The notes beneath the pieces were generated by a model that made no database searches, was not told the DNA's origin, and saw nothing but the letters and a program-made list of their open reading frames with translations. From positions 1 to 64,000 of the forward strand of contig CAZNUA010000017.1 in the NCBI GenBank assembly GCA_964576115.1: 64,000 nt of DNA, read 5' to 3'. Position numbers and translations under genes: made by a program. Shown here in pieces: positions 1 through 8,721 of this stretch. Within the stretch, counting starts at the first letter, position 1; each line of letters opens with the position of its first letter. The stretch comes from an uncultured Gemmatimonadota bacterium. Its GTDB lineage: Bacteria > Blakebacterota > Blakebacteria > Blakebacterales > Blakebacteraceae.

Positions 1-334
1 ACGGCCGGCGGCACTGAAGACGACGATCGCGCCCCCGCCGCTGTGATCGACGACGTAGGCGCGTCCTTCGGTATCGGACCAGACCATATCGGGCCGACCC
101 ACGATCGATTCGGGGCGCTCGTCGGCCTGCAGCTCGCAGACCTGTTCGTAGCGGAAGAGCTCTCCGGCATACTTCGGCACAGCCGATGAGGTCGCGATCC
201 TGACCCCGTCCGCTGTGCCTGCGGTGAAGGTGTGTTCCTGAGCCGAAATATCGCCGCCGCCGGCCAGTGTCAGCAGGCCCGCCCCGAGACCGATCAGGAC
301 CGGGAGCAGGGTGGGGGGGTATCGGCGGGTGCAT
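1..334 (-). CDS. Exported 6-bladed beta-propeller-like protein, N-terminal part (runs off window; apparent frameshift in G7 tract near start)
   Basis: Manual minus-strand translation gives TLLPVLIGLGAGLLTLAGGGDISAQEHTF...VPKYAGELFRYEQVCEL...DTEGRAYVVDHSGGGAIVVFSAAGR (signal peptide plus propeller blade). The ATG at 334 has an AGGAGG SD (346-351) but is one base out of frame. Confidence 0.6.
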   Translation of the reverse strand, partial: MHPPIPPHPAPGPDRSRGGPADTGRRRRYFGSGTHLHRRHSGRGQDRDLIGCAEVCRRALPLRTGLRAAGRRAPRIDRGSARYGLVRYRRTRLRRRSQRRGRDRRLQCRRP

Positions 335-458
335 ATGGCAGCTATCCTCCTGCCCCTCTCAACGTCCGAACCGCAGGGCCCATTTTTCAGCGACGCTGGA
401 CCAAGATCCCGGAACCGGGCTTCGCCTGATTCGCATGGGACCACCTGTGGGAGTCGGA

Positions 459-1736
459 TTACCTCACGGTCTCCAGAGCCCTCTGCAGCCTCTCGTATAC
501 GGGACGGACAGCGACCCCGAGGTGTTCAATAGCGATCGGATTCCGCTCGGCGGGATCGGCCGCCAGATCGTACAGGGCGCCCCCGGCGGTGAGCTTGAAG
601 CGGTGGTCGCGTACGAAACGGGTCGCTTCCCAGTTACCCCAGCGGGGATCGTAGGCACAGAAGATCCACTCCCGGGGCCGACCGCGTCGCCCCGCGATCC
701 GGGGCAGGAAACTGCGTCCGTCGATGATCCGGTCGTCCGGTAGATCGGCCCCGGCGACATCGGCCAGGGTCGGCACGAAGTCGCTGAAATCGATCAGGTC
801 GTCGATGACCGTTCCGGGGGGAGTGAACCCGGGACGACTGACGATCAGGGGAACGTGCATGCCGGTCGTGACCGCCCGTCCCTTGCCTCCGGGAACCTGT
901 TCCTCACCCCGCCGCGAGGTGATCGAACGGTGGGTGCCGTTGTCGGTCGTAAAGAGGATCAGGGTTTCCCGGCGCAGGTCGAGTTCATCGAGGGCGGTCA
1001 CGATCCGGCCGATGAGGGTGTCCACATGGGCGACCATGTCGGTGAAGTAGCGGGGGGCGCGGACCGAACGTTCGGCAGCCGGTACCCCGCTGCCCGGGGT
1101 CGGCTGAAAGGGATCGTGCGGCAGAATCATCGGGTAATAGGCGAAAAAGGGTCTTTCGGCGTGGCGCCGGATGAAATCGATCAAATAGTCGCAGCACAGA
1201 TCGGGGCCGTAGGCCCCGGCCATCTGTTCGTGCAGTTCGCCGTTGATCTGCAGGGTCGGATCCCAGTACCGGGAACCCAGTTTTTCCACCTGCCAGAGGC
1301 AGTGTTCGTCGAAACCGGCAGCCCCGGGCAGGGTGCCCTCGCCGTGATAGCGGGCTCCTTCGACCCGCCCGGAGAGCTGCCATTTGCCCGTCACGCAGGT
1401 TCTGTAACCGGCCTGCTGCAGCAGGTGCCCGAAAGTGATCTCACCCGGCGGCAGGGTTCCGAACTCGGTGTAGTTGCGGTGGTTGTAACGGCCGGTCATG
1501 AGCTGCACCCGGGAGGGCGTACAGAGCGGCTGCGAGAAACAGTGCGTGAAGCGCATTCCCGAAGCCGCCAGGGCGTCGAGGTGCGGGGTCTCGTACGAGG
1601 TGCCGCCGTAGCAGTTCACACACTCGGCACCCAGATCGTCGGCCATGATCAGGACGATATTCGGCGGCCTGTTCGATTCCGAACAGGAGGTGAGCAGGGG
1701 GGCCAGGGCCAGAGCGGCCGAACCGGCTCCCGCGGT
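459..1736 (-). CDS. Sulfatase (arylsulfatase A-like, Cys/formylglycine type), probable lipoprotein; start lies in N gap
   Basis: PNIVLIMADD, CTPSR formylglycine motif, GKWQL, PHDP, TDNG; frame open up to the gap with LLTSC lipobox. Confidence 0.92.
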   Translation of the reverse strand, partial: TAGAGSAALALAPLLTSCSESNRPPNIVLIMADDLGAECVNCYGGTSYETPHLDALAASGMRFTHCFSQPLCTPSRVQLMTGRYNHRNYTEFGTLPPGEITFGHLLQQAGYRTCVTGKWQLSGRVEGARYHGEGTLPGAAGFDEHCLWQVEKLGSRYWDPTLQINGELHEQMAGAYGPDLCCDYLIDFIRRHAERPFFAYYPMILPHDPFQPTPGSGVPAAERSVRAPRYFTDMVAHVDTLIGRIVTALDELDLRRETLILFTTDNGTHRSITSRRGEEQVPGGKGRAVTTGMHVPLIVSRPGFTPPGTVIDDLIDFSDFVPTLADVAGADLPDDRIIDGRSFLPRIAGRRGRPREWIFCAYDPRWGNWEATRFVRDHRFKLTAGGALYDLAADPAERNPIAIEHLGVAVRPVYERLQRALETVR

Positions 1737-1836
1737 NNNNNNNNNNNNNNNNNNNNNNNNNNNNNNNNNNNNNNNNNNNNNNNNNNNNNNNNNNNNNNNN
1801 NNNNNNNNNNNNNNNNNNNNNNNNNNNNNNNNNNNN
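1737..1836. other. Assembly gap (100 N)
   Basis: Run of N; must hold the starts of two divergent genes, so the true size is unknown. Confidence 1.
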
Positions 1837-2943
1837 GGCGCCCAGGAAGACCCGGTTCGGGTCGAGAACGGTTTCGAGGGCTCGGGAGCCGCCCCCCGGC
1901 TCGAGCAGATCGCTTACATTGGTGAGGATGCTCCAGTCCCGGTCATTCTGGCCGATCCGACTTTTCTGCTGTTCGGTAACGAGGGTGATCTCTACCTCCC
2001 CGACGAAAAGGAGGTGACGGTCTTCCACTTCGCCCCCGATGGAACCCTGCTGGGCCGGATCGGGCAGGAGGGACACGGGCCCGGCGAGTTCGAGATTCCC
2101 GGCGAGGTCCATTTCAACCCCCGGGGGGAACTCGTTGTCCTGGATATCGGCTCCCAGCGGCAGATCTGGTTCACACCGCAGGGGGAGTTTCTGCGTAGCG
2201 AACCGATCCAGACCACCCTCGGCGACGGCCGGGTCACGGTTCGCATCCTCGATGCCGATCGGCGCCGGGAGTATCTGAACGAGCATTGCTATCTGCACCG
2301 GATGCTCTTCTTCCTTGGGCCCGAAGCCGACGAACTCGTCCGGCGGGGCCGGATGGCTCCACCCACTCTGCTCGAACTCGTGGACGAAGAGGCCGAAACA
2401 GTCACGGGCTTCGGGGAGCTGCGTTCCCATGAAGACCCCATCCTGATGTCTGTCCTCAACAGGGTACACTGGGCACTGCTCGACGCCGATCGGGTCGTCA
2501 TCTCGTGGAACCACTATCCCGAGCTGGGAATCTACCGCCTGAACGGTGGTGTTCTCGAACGCCTCATCAGCCGCCGCACCGCTTTCCGCGTCAATCCGAA
2601 CCCGACCCTGGAAGAGAGGGTTCTCACCGGTCCGGGCGGCAGCAACCAGATCACAATCATTCCGGTCGTCGATACCGTCTCGCTCGATGTCGCGGTCGAC
2701 CGGCAGCACCGGATCTGGGTTGTGACGATGCTTCTGGACCAGGAGGAGAAGGATCGCCGGGAAGACGAGGATGAACTGACCGACATGGTCCGGCTCGAGA
2801 TTTTCAGCCCGGAAGGGGAACTGCTGGCCGGAGTGCCGCTCGAGGCCTTCGTCGATCACATCGCCTTCGATCCGGAGGGAAATCTGTGGCTCATGGACGC
2901 CCGGTACAACATGAGCGTCTGGAAGTACCGGGTTATCTGGTGA
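1837..2943 (+). CDS. 6-bladed beta-propeller (NHL-like) protein; start lies in gap
   Basis: Blade motifs such as FAPDGTLLGRIGQEGHGPGEF, VAVDRQHRIWV and FSPEGELL. Confidence 0.85.
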   Translation, partial: GAQEDPVRVENGFEGSGAAPRLEQIAYIGEDAPVPVILADPTFLLFGNEGDLYLPDEKEVTVFHFAPDGTLLGRIGQEGHGPGEFEIPGEVHFNPRGELVVLDIGSQRQIWFTPQGEFLRSEPIQTTLGDGRVTVRILDADRRREYLNEHCYLHRMLFFLGPEADELVRRGRMAPPTLLELVDEEAETVTGFGELRSHEDPILMSVLNRVHWALLDADRVVISWNHYPELGIYRLNGGVLERLISRRTAFRVNPNPTLEERVLTGPGGSNQITIIPVVDTVSLDVAVDRQHRIWVVTMLLDQEEKDRREDEDELTDMVRLEIFSPEGELLAGVPLEAFVDHIAFDPEGNLWLMDARYNMSVWKYRVIW

Positions 2944-3065
2944 GCAGGCGCAGTTCATCCATGAGCTGACTGTTTCGCGAGTCAATCCCGGGAAAAAGGG
3001 GAGAATGCGGGTGCAAGGCGAGTGCACGGGAGGTCTGGGAGAAGGTATTGAGAAGAAAAATCGCT

Positions 3066-3093
3066 AGTTTACATAATATATCTTATACGACAT
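3066..3093 (-). other. dif: dif site (XerC/XerD chromosome dimer resolution site)
   Basis: Minus strand ATGTCGTATAA-GATATA-TTATGTAAACT: 11-6-11 layout with ATAA/TTAT inner arms, AT-rich, intergenic between convergent genes. Confidence 0.88.
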
Positions 3094-3115
3094 ATCAGAT
3101 GAGCACGTATTTCTC

Positions 3116-3814
3116 TCACCATCGACCATGCGGGTCATTACCACACCCGAGATGACCATGTCCGTAAGCATCCCACTGGGCCCAGAAAGCCAGAATGCAT
3201 TGTTCGCTCCGGGTAATGAAACCCCCGCCGTACAGCGAATCGACACACCCGTAGCCGTTTTCATCGCTGATCCTGACCGCGATATCGTCGATCCCCCAGT
3301 GGAATGAACCGTGATAGTACTCTGAGAGGTATCGGCTCAAACCGATTGAAAAAGAGGTGCCCGCTTCAGTCTCACGAAGAAAGCCGGTGTAATACGCCTC
3401 ATTACCGGGGGCATCGCTGATGTAACACCAGAGCGTATCACCTTCCGCTATCCTGAGTGTCCTGACGGCCCGGGTTCCCATCCTTTCCCAGATGTGGAAT
3501 TGCCCATCCCATCGGTAGCGTGCCTCGGGATGGTCGAAAAAGGCGAGCTTCGCGAACCAGTTATGACGTACAGCACTGAGTTCCAGACAGGCCTCCCGGG
3601 TGCGCAGGAAACTCGGATTGGAACGATTGTATTGCGTCAGAGGCGGCAAACCGACCTCAGGCATGGCCAGGAACCGGGCCAGGACGGTTGAGCCTTCCTC
3701 GGGCTTCACAGGGCCGCTGCAGGCGATAATGACCACAGAGATGGCACAGATACTGATGATGAGGGCAACAGTGTCCCGGTTCCAGGACACCCTCGCTCTG
3801 CGGCTGTGTGTCAT
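3116..3814 (-). CDS. Hypothetical lipoprotein (orphan, lower GC)
   Basis: 232-aa ORF; hydrophobic N-terminus with IIAC lipobox; no family recognised. Confidence 0.7.
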   Translation of the reverse strand: MTHSRRARVSWNRDTVALIISICAISVVIIACSGPVKPEEGSTVLARFLAMPEVGLPPLTQYNRSNPSFLRTREACLELSAVRHNWFAKLAFFDHPEARYRWDGQFHIWERMGTRAVRTLRIAEGDTLWCYISDAPGNEAYYTGFLRETEAGTSFSIGLSRYLSEYYHGSFHWGIDDIAVRISDENGYGCVDSLYGGGFITRSEQCILAFWAQWDAYGHGHLGCGNDPHGRW

Positions 3815-3867
3815 ACGGCACAGGTCCGGTCAGTAGTCAATATGGTGGTTGCAGGTACGACGGAATG

Positions 3868-4581
3868 TCAGGGCTTGACGTCCACGACGGTGGCTGTGGT
3901 TACCAGTTCGGCCACTACGAGGATCTCGGCGTTGTGGAAGCGTACGCAGCCCTTGCTGATGTCCTGGCCCAGGGCCGAGGCGTCGTTGTTGCCGTGCATG
4001 GTCCAGTCCTGATAGAACGGGATCTGGCGGGCGCCGTAGGGGTTGTATTCGTGTCCGTAGGGCACGTTGCCCCGCCGCCAGCGGCTGATCGGCTTCCAGT
4101 CCACATAGAGCACGTGATAGGTGCCGGTCGGAGTGGCCTTGCCGATAGCGGGATTGCCGACCGCGATCGGGGTTTCGAAAAGCAGCACCTCGTCATGGTA
4201 GACCAGCGCCGTGTGCAGGTTCTTGACGATCTCGATCCGCGTGATCAGGGGTTCGCCCAGGTCCCGGAATTCGTAGCGCAGGCGCCGGCCCCAGGCGCGC
4301 ACGTCATCGGAGATGCGGTGCGCCACGGGGTTGCGGAAAGTGCCGTCGAGGACCCGGTTCATTTTTACGATCGGATCGTCGGGGGCGTTGCCCCCCTGCC
4401 CCAGGGTGAAGACCTCTTCCAGACCCGAGGCGTGCAGAGAATCGATGTACGTCTGCAGGCGGGCGCCGAGCTGGCGGGCCCGGGTGGTGGCGGTGTCGTT
4501 CTGAGGTGAAGACTGGGCGCTGACGGAGTTCGGGAGAAGCAGTACGGCGCCCAGCAGAAACGCCGCAGTACGTCCGGTCAT
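3868..4581 (-). CDS. L,D-transpeptidase (YkuD family), exported
   Basis: Signal peptide; IAVG..TPTG; MHGNND...ISKGCVRF catalytic His/Cys motif. Confidence 0.9.
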   Translation of the reverse strand: MTGRTAAFLLGAVLLLPNSVSAQSSPQNDTATTRARQLGARLQTYIDSLHASGLEEVFTLGQGGNAPDDPIVKMNRVLDGTFRNPVAHRISDDVRAWGRRLRYEFRDLGEPLITRIEIVKNLHTALVYHDEVLLFETPIAVGNPAIGKATPTGTYHVLYVDWKPISRWRRGNVPYGHEYNPYGARQIPFYQDWTMHGNNDASALGQDISKGCVRFHNAEILVVAELVTTATVVDVKP

Positions 4582-4585
4582 GAGC

Positions 4586-5269
4586 TCAGGGACCGTTGGC
4601 GGTGATCTCGGCCCGCAGTATGGCCGCCCGATCGGCCTGGCCGCTGTCGGGGAATCGGGTGGTCAGCTGTTCGTACACCGTGATGGCCTGTTCGGTCCGA
4701 CCGGCCAGGGTCCAGCAGCGTCCGGCCTGCAGCAGGTAGTCGGCGGCGCTGATGTGCTCGCCGAGCAGACGAGCCGCTTCGGTGTACTGTTCGGCGGCTT
4801 CGGTCCAGTCCCCTGTCTGCTCCAGGCAGGCGGCCAGACCGGCTGTGGCGGCGGCTTTGAAGAAACGTCCTTTGGCGAAACGGTTGAGGTAGCGGTCATA
4901 GAAGACCCGGGCGGAATCGATCTGACCGAGGCGGAAGAGGACATGGCCGAGCATGAAGGTGGCCCGGCCCGCACTGGGTACGGTACCAAAGTTCTCGACC
5001 GCTTCGAGCAACAGGATCCGGGCCTGGTCGAGATTGTTGGATTCCAGCGCGTAACCGGCCTGCAGGGTCAGAATCGAGGCCTCGCGTTCGGCTGCCTCGC
5101 GGGCCGAGAGCGAACCCCAGAGGATCACGATCACCACCGCGGCGCCGATGAGACCGTAGGTCAGGACTTTCTGGTTCGACTTGAGCCAGTTGACGACCTT
5201 CATGGTCTCGGTGACGAATTTGTCCTCTTTGAGCTTCTGCCTGGTGATATGTTTCTTGGGGCGCAGCAT
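4586..5269 (-). CDS. Membrane-anchored tetratricopeptide repeat protein (YfgM-like)
   Basis: Start MLRPKKHITRQKLKED, one TM helix, then TPR helices ending YEQLTTRFPDS. Confidence 0.82.
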   Translation of the reverse strand: MLRPKKHITRQKLKEDKFVTETMKVVNWLKSNQKVLTYGLIGAAVVIVILWGSLSAREAAEREASILTLQAGYALESNNLDQARILLLEAVENFGTVPSAGRATFMLGHVLFRLGQIDSARVFYDRYLNRFAKGRFFKAAATAGLAACLEQTGDWTEAAEQYTEAARLLGEHISAADYLLQAGRCWTLAGRTEQAITVYEQLTTRFPDSGQADRAAILRAEITANGP

Positions 5270-5316
5270 GGCGCGATTCAACCCCCTCGAAAGACGTTGC
5301 GGTAGCCGGAGAGCAC

Positions 5317-5344
5317 AATCTAGAGCCCGCCCCACCCCGGGCAA
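5317..5344 (-). promoter_or_regulatory. Putative sigma70 promoter for the TPR and L,D-transpeptidase genes
   Basis: TTGCCC-16 nt-TAGATT on the minus strand, intergenic. Confidence 0.4.
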
Positions 5345-5361
5345 AGAGAAAAGGCGGTGTA

Positions 5362-6270
5362 CTAAGGCAGTAGATCGAGCGCGCGCAAGCCGGCCTCGCG
5401 GTTGCGCCACTCTTCCCGGACCTTGACCCGCAGTTCGAGGTAGACCGGTTCATCCAGGAAGGCCTCGATCTCCTGCCGGGCCCGCGTGCCCACGGCTTTC
5501 AGGGCCCGCCCCCCCTTCCCCAGCAGAATCGGTCGCTGCGATTCCCGTTCGACGACGATCTGCACCTCGATGAAGGTCTTGCGCCCCTCGACCCGGCGGA
5601 ACTGCTCCACCCGGGTGGCGGTGGCATAGGGAATCTCGCGACCGAAGCGGTGAAAGATGACTTCACGGACCAGTTCGGCCACGAAGAAGCGCTCGGGGTG
5701 CTCGGTGATGACGTCGGGGGGATACAGAGGCGGTCCGGGGGGCAGACAGGCGATGACCTCGACCAGGAGCGCGTCGAGACCGTCGTGCTTCAGGGCGCTG
5801 ATCGGCACCACGGCCGCGAAGGAGTACCGGGCGGCGTCGTCGATCAGGGGCAACAGGCGGCTCTTTTCGACCCGATCGACCTTGTTGGGAGCCAGCACGA
5901 CCGGGATGTCCCGCTCCACGGCGTCCAGAGCGTCGGCTATTTGAGCCTCGAGTCCGTCGCTCAATCCCCGGGGGGCGTCGAGCAGCAGGAGCAGGACATC
6001 GGCCCCCGCGATGGCCGTCACGGCCTGCCGGCGCATGACCGCCTGCAGGCGGTAGCGCGGATCGAGCAGGCCGGGCGTGTCCACCAGGACGGCCTGGTAA
6101 TCCTCGCCGTTCAGGATGCCCAGCACATTGCGGCGGGTGGACTGCGGCCGGGGAGCGATGATGGACAGCTTGAGGCCCATCAGGGCGTTGAGGAGAGTCG
6201 ATTTGCCGACGTTGGGGATCCCGGCGATCGCCACGTAGCCGCAGCGGTGCTGCGGTTCGGGATCACTCAC
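5362..6270 (-). CDS. era: GTPase Era
   Basis: GIPNVGKST, QSTR, DTPG, NKVD, ISA and KH domain (EIPY, ILLGKGG); GTG start overlaps the upstream stop. Confidence 0.96.
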   Translation of the reverse strand: MSDPEPQHRCGYVAIAGIPNVGKSTLLNALMGLKLSIIAPRPQSTRRNVLGILNGEDYQAVLVDTPGLLDPRYRLQAVMRRQAVTAIAGADVLLLLLDAPRGLSDGLEAQIADALDAVERDIPVVLAPNKVDRVEKSRLLPLIDDAARYSFAAVVPISALKHDGLDALLVEVIACLPPGPPLYPPDVITEHPERFFVAELVREVIFHRFGREIPYATATRVEQFRRVEGRKTFIEVQIVVERESQRPILLGKGGRALKAVGTRARQEIEAFLDEPVYLELRVKVREEWRNREAGLRALDLLP

Positions 6271-6728
6271 GAGGCGCCGTCGTCCTCCAGCTCGTCGAGG
6301 TCGAACAGGTCGTCGGTCAGGCACAGGGCGATGCCCGAGAGCATGACTTCGGGACCCAGGCGGGTGAAGTCGCCGCTCAGCATGCCGGTGTCGACGTTGG
6401 CGTACAGCGAGCAGGCCGCCTCGCGCTCGATGGTCAGCCCGCTCATGTGATCGTCCCGCTCGGCCACGAAGGTCACCTCTCCGAGCAGGGTGCTGATCAC
6501 ATAGCCGGTCACGAAGTGGAGCTGCAGGTGAGTGCTGTGCGTATAGACGCTGACCAGGGATCCGCTTTCTTCGCCGATCTTGATCTCGGGATAGATCTCG
6601 ATCCTGATGTGCCGCTCGTGTTCGTTGTCGTCGAGCAGCAGGGTCCAGTGGTCGGCTTCCTGCCGGGCTTCCACCCCCAGGATGTCGGCGATGCGCTCTA
6701 TGTCTTCTGAACCGAGTGTGCGATGCAT
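6267..6728 (-). CDS. Hypothetical protein
   Basis: 153-aa ORF with typical codon use, coupled between the kinase gene and era. Confidence 0.8.
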   Translation of the reverse strand: MHRTLGSEDIERIADILGVEARQEADHWTLLLDDNEHERHIRIEIYPEIKIGEESGSLVSVYTHSTHLQLHFVTGYVISTLLGEVTFVAERDDHMSGLTIEREAACSLYANVDTGMLSGDFTRLGPEVMLSGIALCLTDDLFDLDELEDDGAS

Positions 6729-6730
6729 TC

Positions 6731-7321
6731 TCAACCCACCAGTGAAGCGACAATCCACATGGACAGACCCGAGAGAACCGGGATGCCGAAGTTGTCGTCG
6801 AGAGTACCGATACCGAACAGCTCGACGACGGTGGCGACGACGGCTCCGAACAGGCCGGCGGTGACGGGCACACCCGGCACCACTACCCCAATGATACTAC
6901 AGCAGACCAGGCAGGCCAACGTTCCCTCGTAGGTCTTTCCCGGCGTCAGCGGATGCCGGCCCCAGCGCCGCCCCACCAGGGCGGCGGCCGTATCGCCGAC
7001 GGTCAGGAAAAGCAGGGCCGCAACGGCGATCGGCACGGTGAAGAGCACGATGCAGACCAGGGCCGCCAGGCACATGTAGCTCGATCCGGTCAGCTCGTGG
7101 GCTTCGTGAGGCCGCAGAGCGCCTCCGAACTGCTTTTCGAAGAAAACCTTGACGGCCGGTATGCGCAGCCGGGCGACATCGACCGCTATGGCCACGATCA
7201 GAGCCGTGGCGACCACGATCGTACCGGCTTCCGGGCCCAGGACGAAAAGCGAAATCGGCAACAGACTGGCACCGAGGTGAATCGCCTTGCGCTCGACCTC
7301 GTTGCGCAGGACGACGTTCAC
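6731..7321 (-). CDS. SEC59/DGK1/VTE5-family CTP-dependent isoprenoid or diacylglycerol kinase (membrane)
   Basis: RKAIHL, GDTAAALVG, KTYEG and DDNF motifs; multiple TM helices. Confidence 0.85.
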   Translation of the reverse strand: MNVVLRNEVERKAIHLGASLLPISLFVLGPEAGTIVVATALIVAIAVDVARLRIPAVKVFFEKQFGGALRPHEAHELTGSSYMCLAALVCIVLFTVPIAVAALLFLTVGDTAAALVGRRWGRHPLTPGKTYEGTLACLVCCSIIGVVVPGVPVTAGLFGAVVATVVELFGIGTLDDNFGIPVLSGLSMWIVASLVG

Positions 7322-8712
7322 CGCCCGCCTCCGGGCTGCAGCCGCAGATGATAGACCTTCTCGCGGTAAGTGTACGAAGAATAGGTCGGTTCCACCGTTA
7401 CCTCGACCCAGATCAGAGGCCGATCCTGCGTCAGCTCGTAGCTGTCGCTGCGCTGTCCGACAGTACGAAAACGGCGCCGGGAGAGTTCCTCCAGGCCTCC
7501 TCCCCGGTAGCGGACCCTCACCGTCAGGTACGCGTATTCGGTCAGATGGTAAGCCAGTCGCAGGGTCGCTCCCTCCTGCACGGCTTGCAGCTCGGCGACG
7601 TCGGCACCGACCCAGTAGTACTGGGCGCTGCGTGTCTCGGCGACGAACATCTGCCCGAAACGGGGCCAGATGTCCAGGCCCCGGGGGCCCTCGAATTCCT
7701 TCCGGCCCCGGCCCCGGCGGCCGAAGGTGGCCAGGTGGTTCAAGTTGCGATCGAACTTGTGCAGGCAGTGACCGTGCCGGTCGGTGACCCAGAGATTGGC
7801 GTAGAAATCCACCGTCATGTATGCCGCCCGCATGGTGCTGCGGCCCACATCGGCGGCTGTGACCCGAGCCGCGATTTCTCCGTCGGGATCGAGCTTGACG
7901 ATCTCCTCGCCGCTGCGGCCGGCAACGAACAGAGCGTATTCGCGGAAATACGACCAGCGGTCTTCGGGATGAGCCAGGGCGATTGCGCCCGGCTCGCCGA
8001 GCCTGTCGCCGAGATCGATCAGGTCGAGTGTCTCGCCCGTCAGGCTCTGCCGGACGAGCCGCGACCGGCCGGTGTCGGAAATCCAGACCGAGCCGTCGGG
8101 GACCAGAGCGACATCGTAGGGGGCGGCGAAACTGTCGCCCGGGGCGGCTGCGGTCAGGTAGGTGATATGGCTGAGGATGCGGCCGTTGTTGAACAGGACT
8201 GCAATGCGGTCATTGCCGGTATCGGCTACCACCAGGTTACCGACCGGGTCGGCATCGATTCCGTGCGGACTGCGGAACTGCCCGATCCCCCTGCCCCGCG
8301 AACCGTAGAGTCCGAGGGAGACCATACTGGTGTTGTAGATGATTTCCCCCCGGCCCGAGTTGACGCCGTAGACCGTGACCTCGTCGTCATCCGCCTCATC
8401 CCCGGGATCGTCCCAGGCGTCCAGAACGGTGACGGCGATGCCCTGCGGGTCGTCGAAGCTGGTCCGGCCGCCGAGCAGGAGCCGCAGATAGGTCTCTTCG
8501 CCTTTCTGTATGCCCCAGACATGGAGCCAGGTGGGAAAGACCAGGGTCATCGGTTCGTCGGGTTTGATCTGCTCGAGCACCCCCGTACGCCGCAGGGATT
8601 CCTGCTGAGCCATGACCGGCCGGGCGCACAGGCACACCGGGGCTGCGAGGAGCACTACCGCCAGTCCGGGCAGCAGAGAGTTCAGGCTCGTGCGTTCTCG
8701 CCCGCGTTCCAC
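7318..8712 (-). CDS. Exported NHL-repeat protein with C-terminal Ig-like domain
   Basis: GQFRSPHGIDAD..VVADTGNDRI, PYDVAL..ISDTG and FEGPRGL repeats; signal peptide. Confidence 0.85.
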   Translation of the reverse strand: MERGRERTSLNSLLPGLAVVLLAAPVCLCARPVMAQQESLRRTGVLEQIKPDEPMTLVFPTWLHVWGIQKGEETYLRLLLGGRTSFDDPQGIAVTVLDAWDDPGDEADDDEVTVYGVNSGRGEIIYNTSMVSLGLYGSRGRGIGQFRSPHGIDADPVGNLVVADTGNDRIAVLFNNGRILSHITYLTAAAPGDSFAAPYDVALVPDGSVWISDTGRSRLVRQSLTGETLDLIDLGDRLGEPGAIALAHPEDRWSYFREYALFVAGRSGEEIVKLDPDGEIAARVTAADVGRSTMRAAYMTVDFYANLWVTDRHGHCLHKFDRNLNHLATFGRRGRGRKEFEGPRGLDIWPRFGQMFVAETRSAQYYWVGADVAELQAVQEGATLRLAYHLTEYAYLTVRVRYRGGGLEELSRRRFRTVGQRSDSYELTQDRPLIWVEVTVEPTYSSYTYREKVYHLRLQPGGGR

Positions 8713-8721
8713 TCCCCGCTC

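Noticed and set aside
1645-2943. ORF track protein spanning the first N gap
   Set aside because: Its N-terminal part is the antisense of the sulfatase start, and the frame across an arbitrary 100-N gap means nothing.
3064-3264. 66-aa minus-strand ORF covering dif
   Set aside because: Out-of-frame overlap with the lipoprotein gene; the AT-rich end is better explained by dif.
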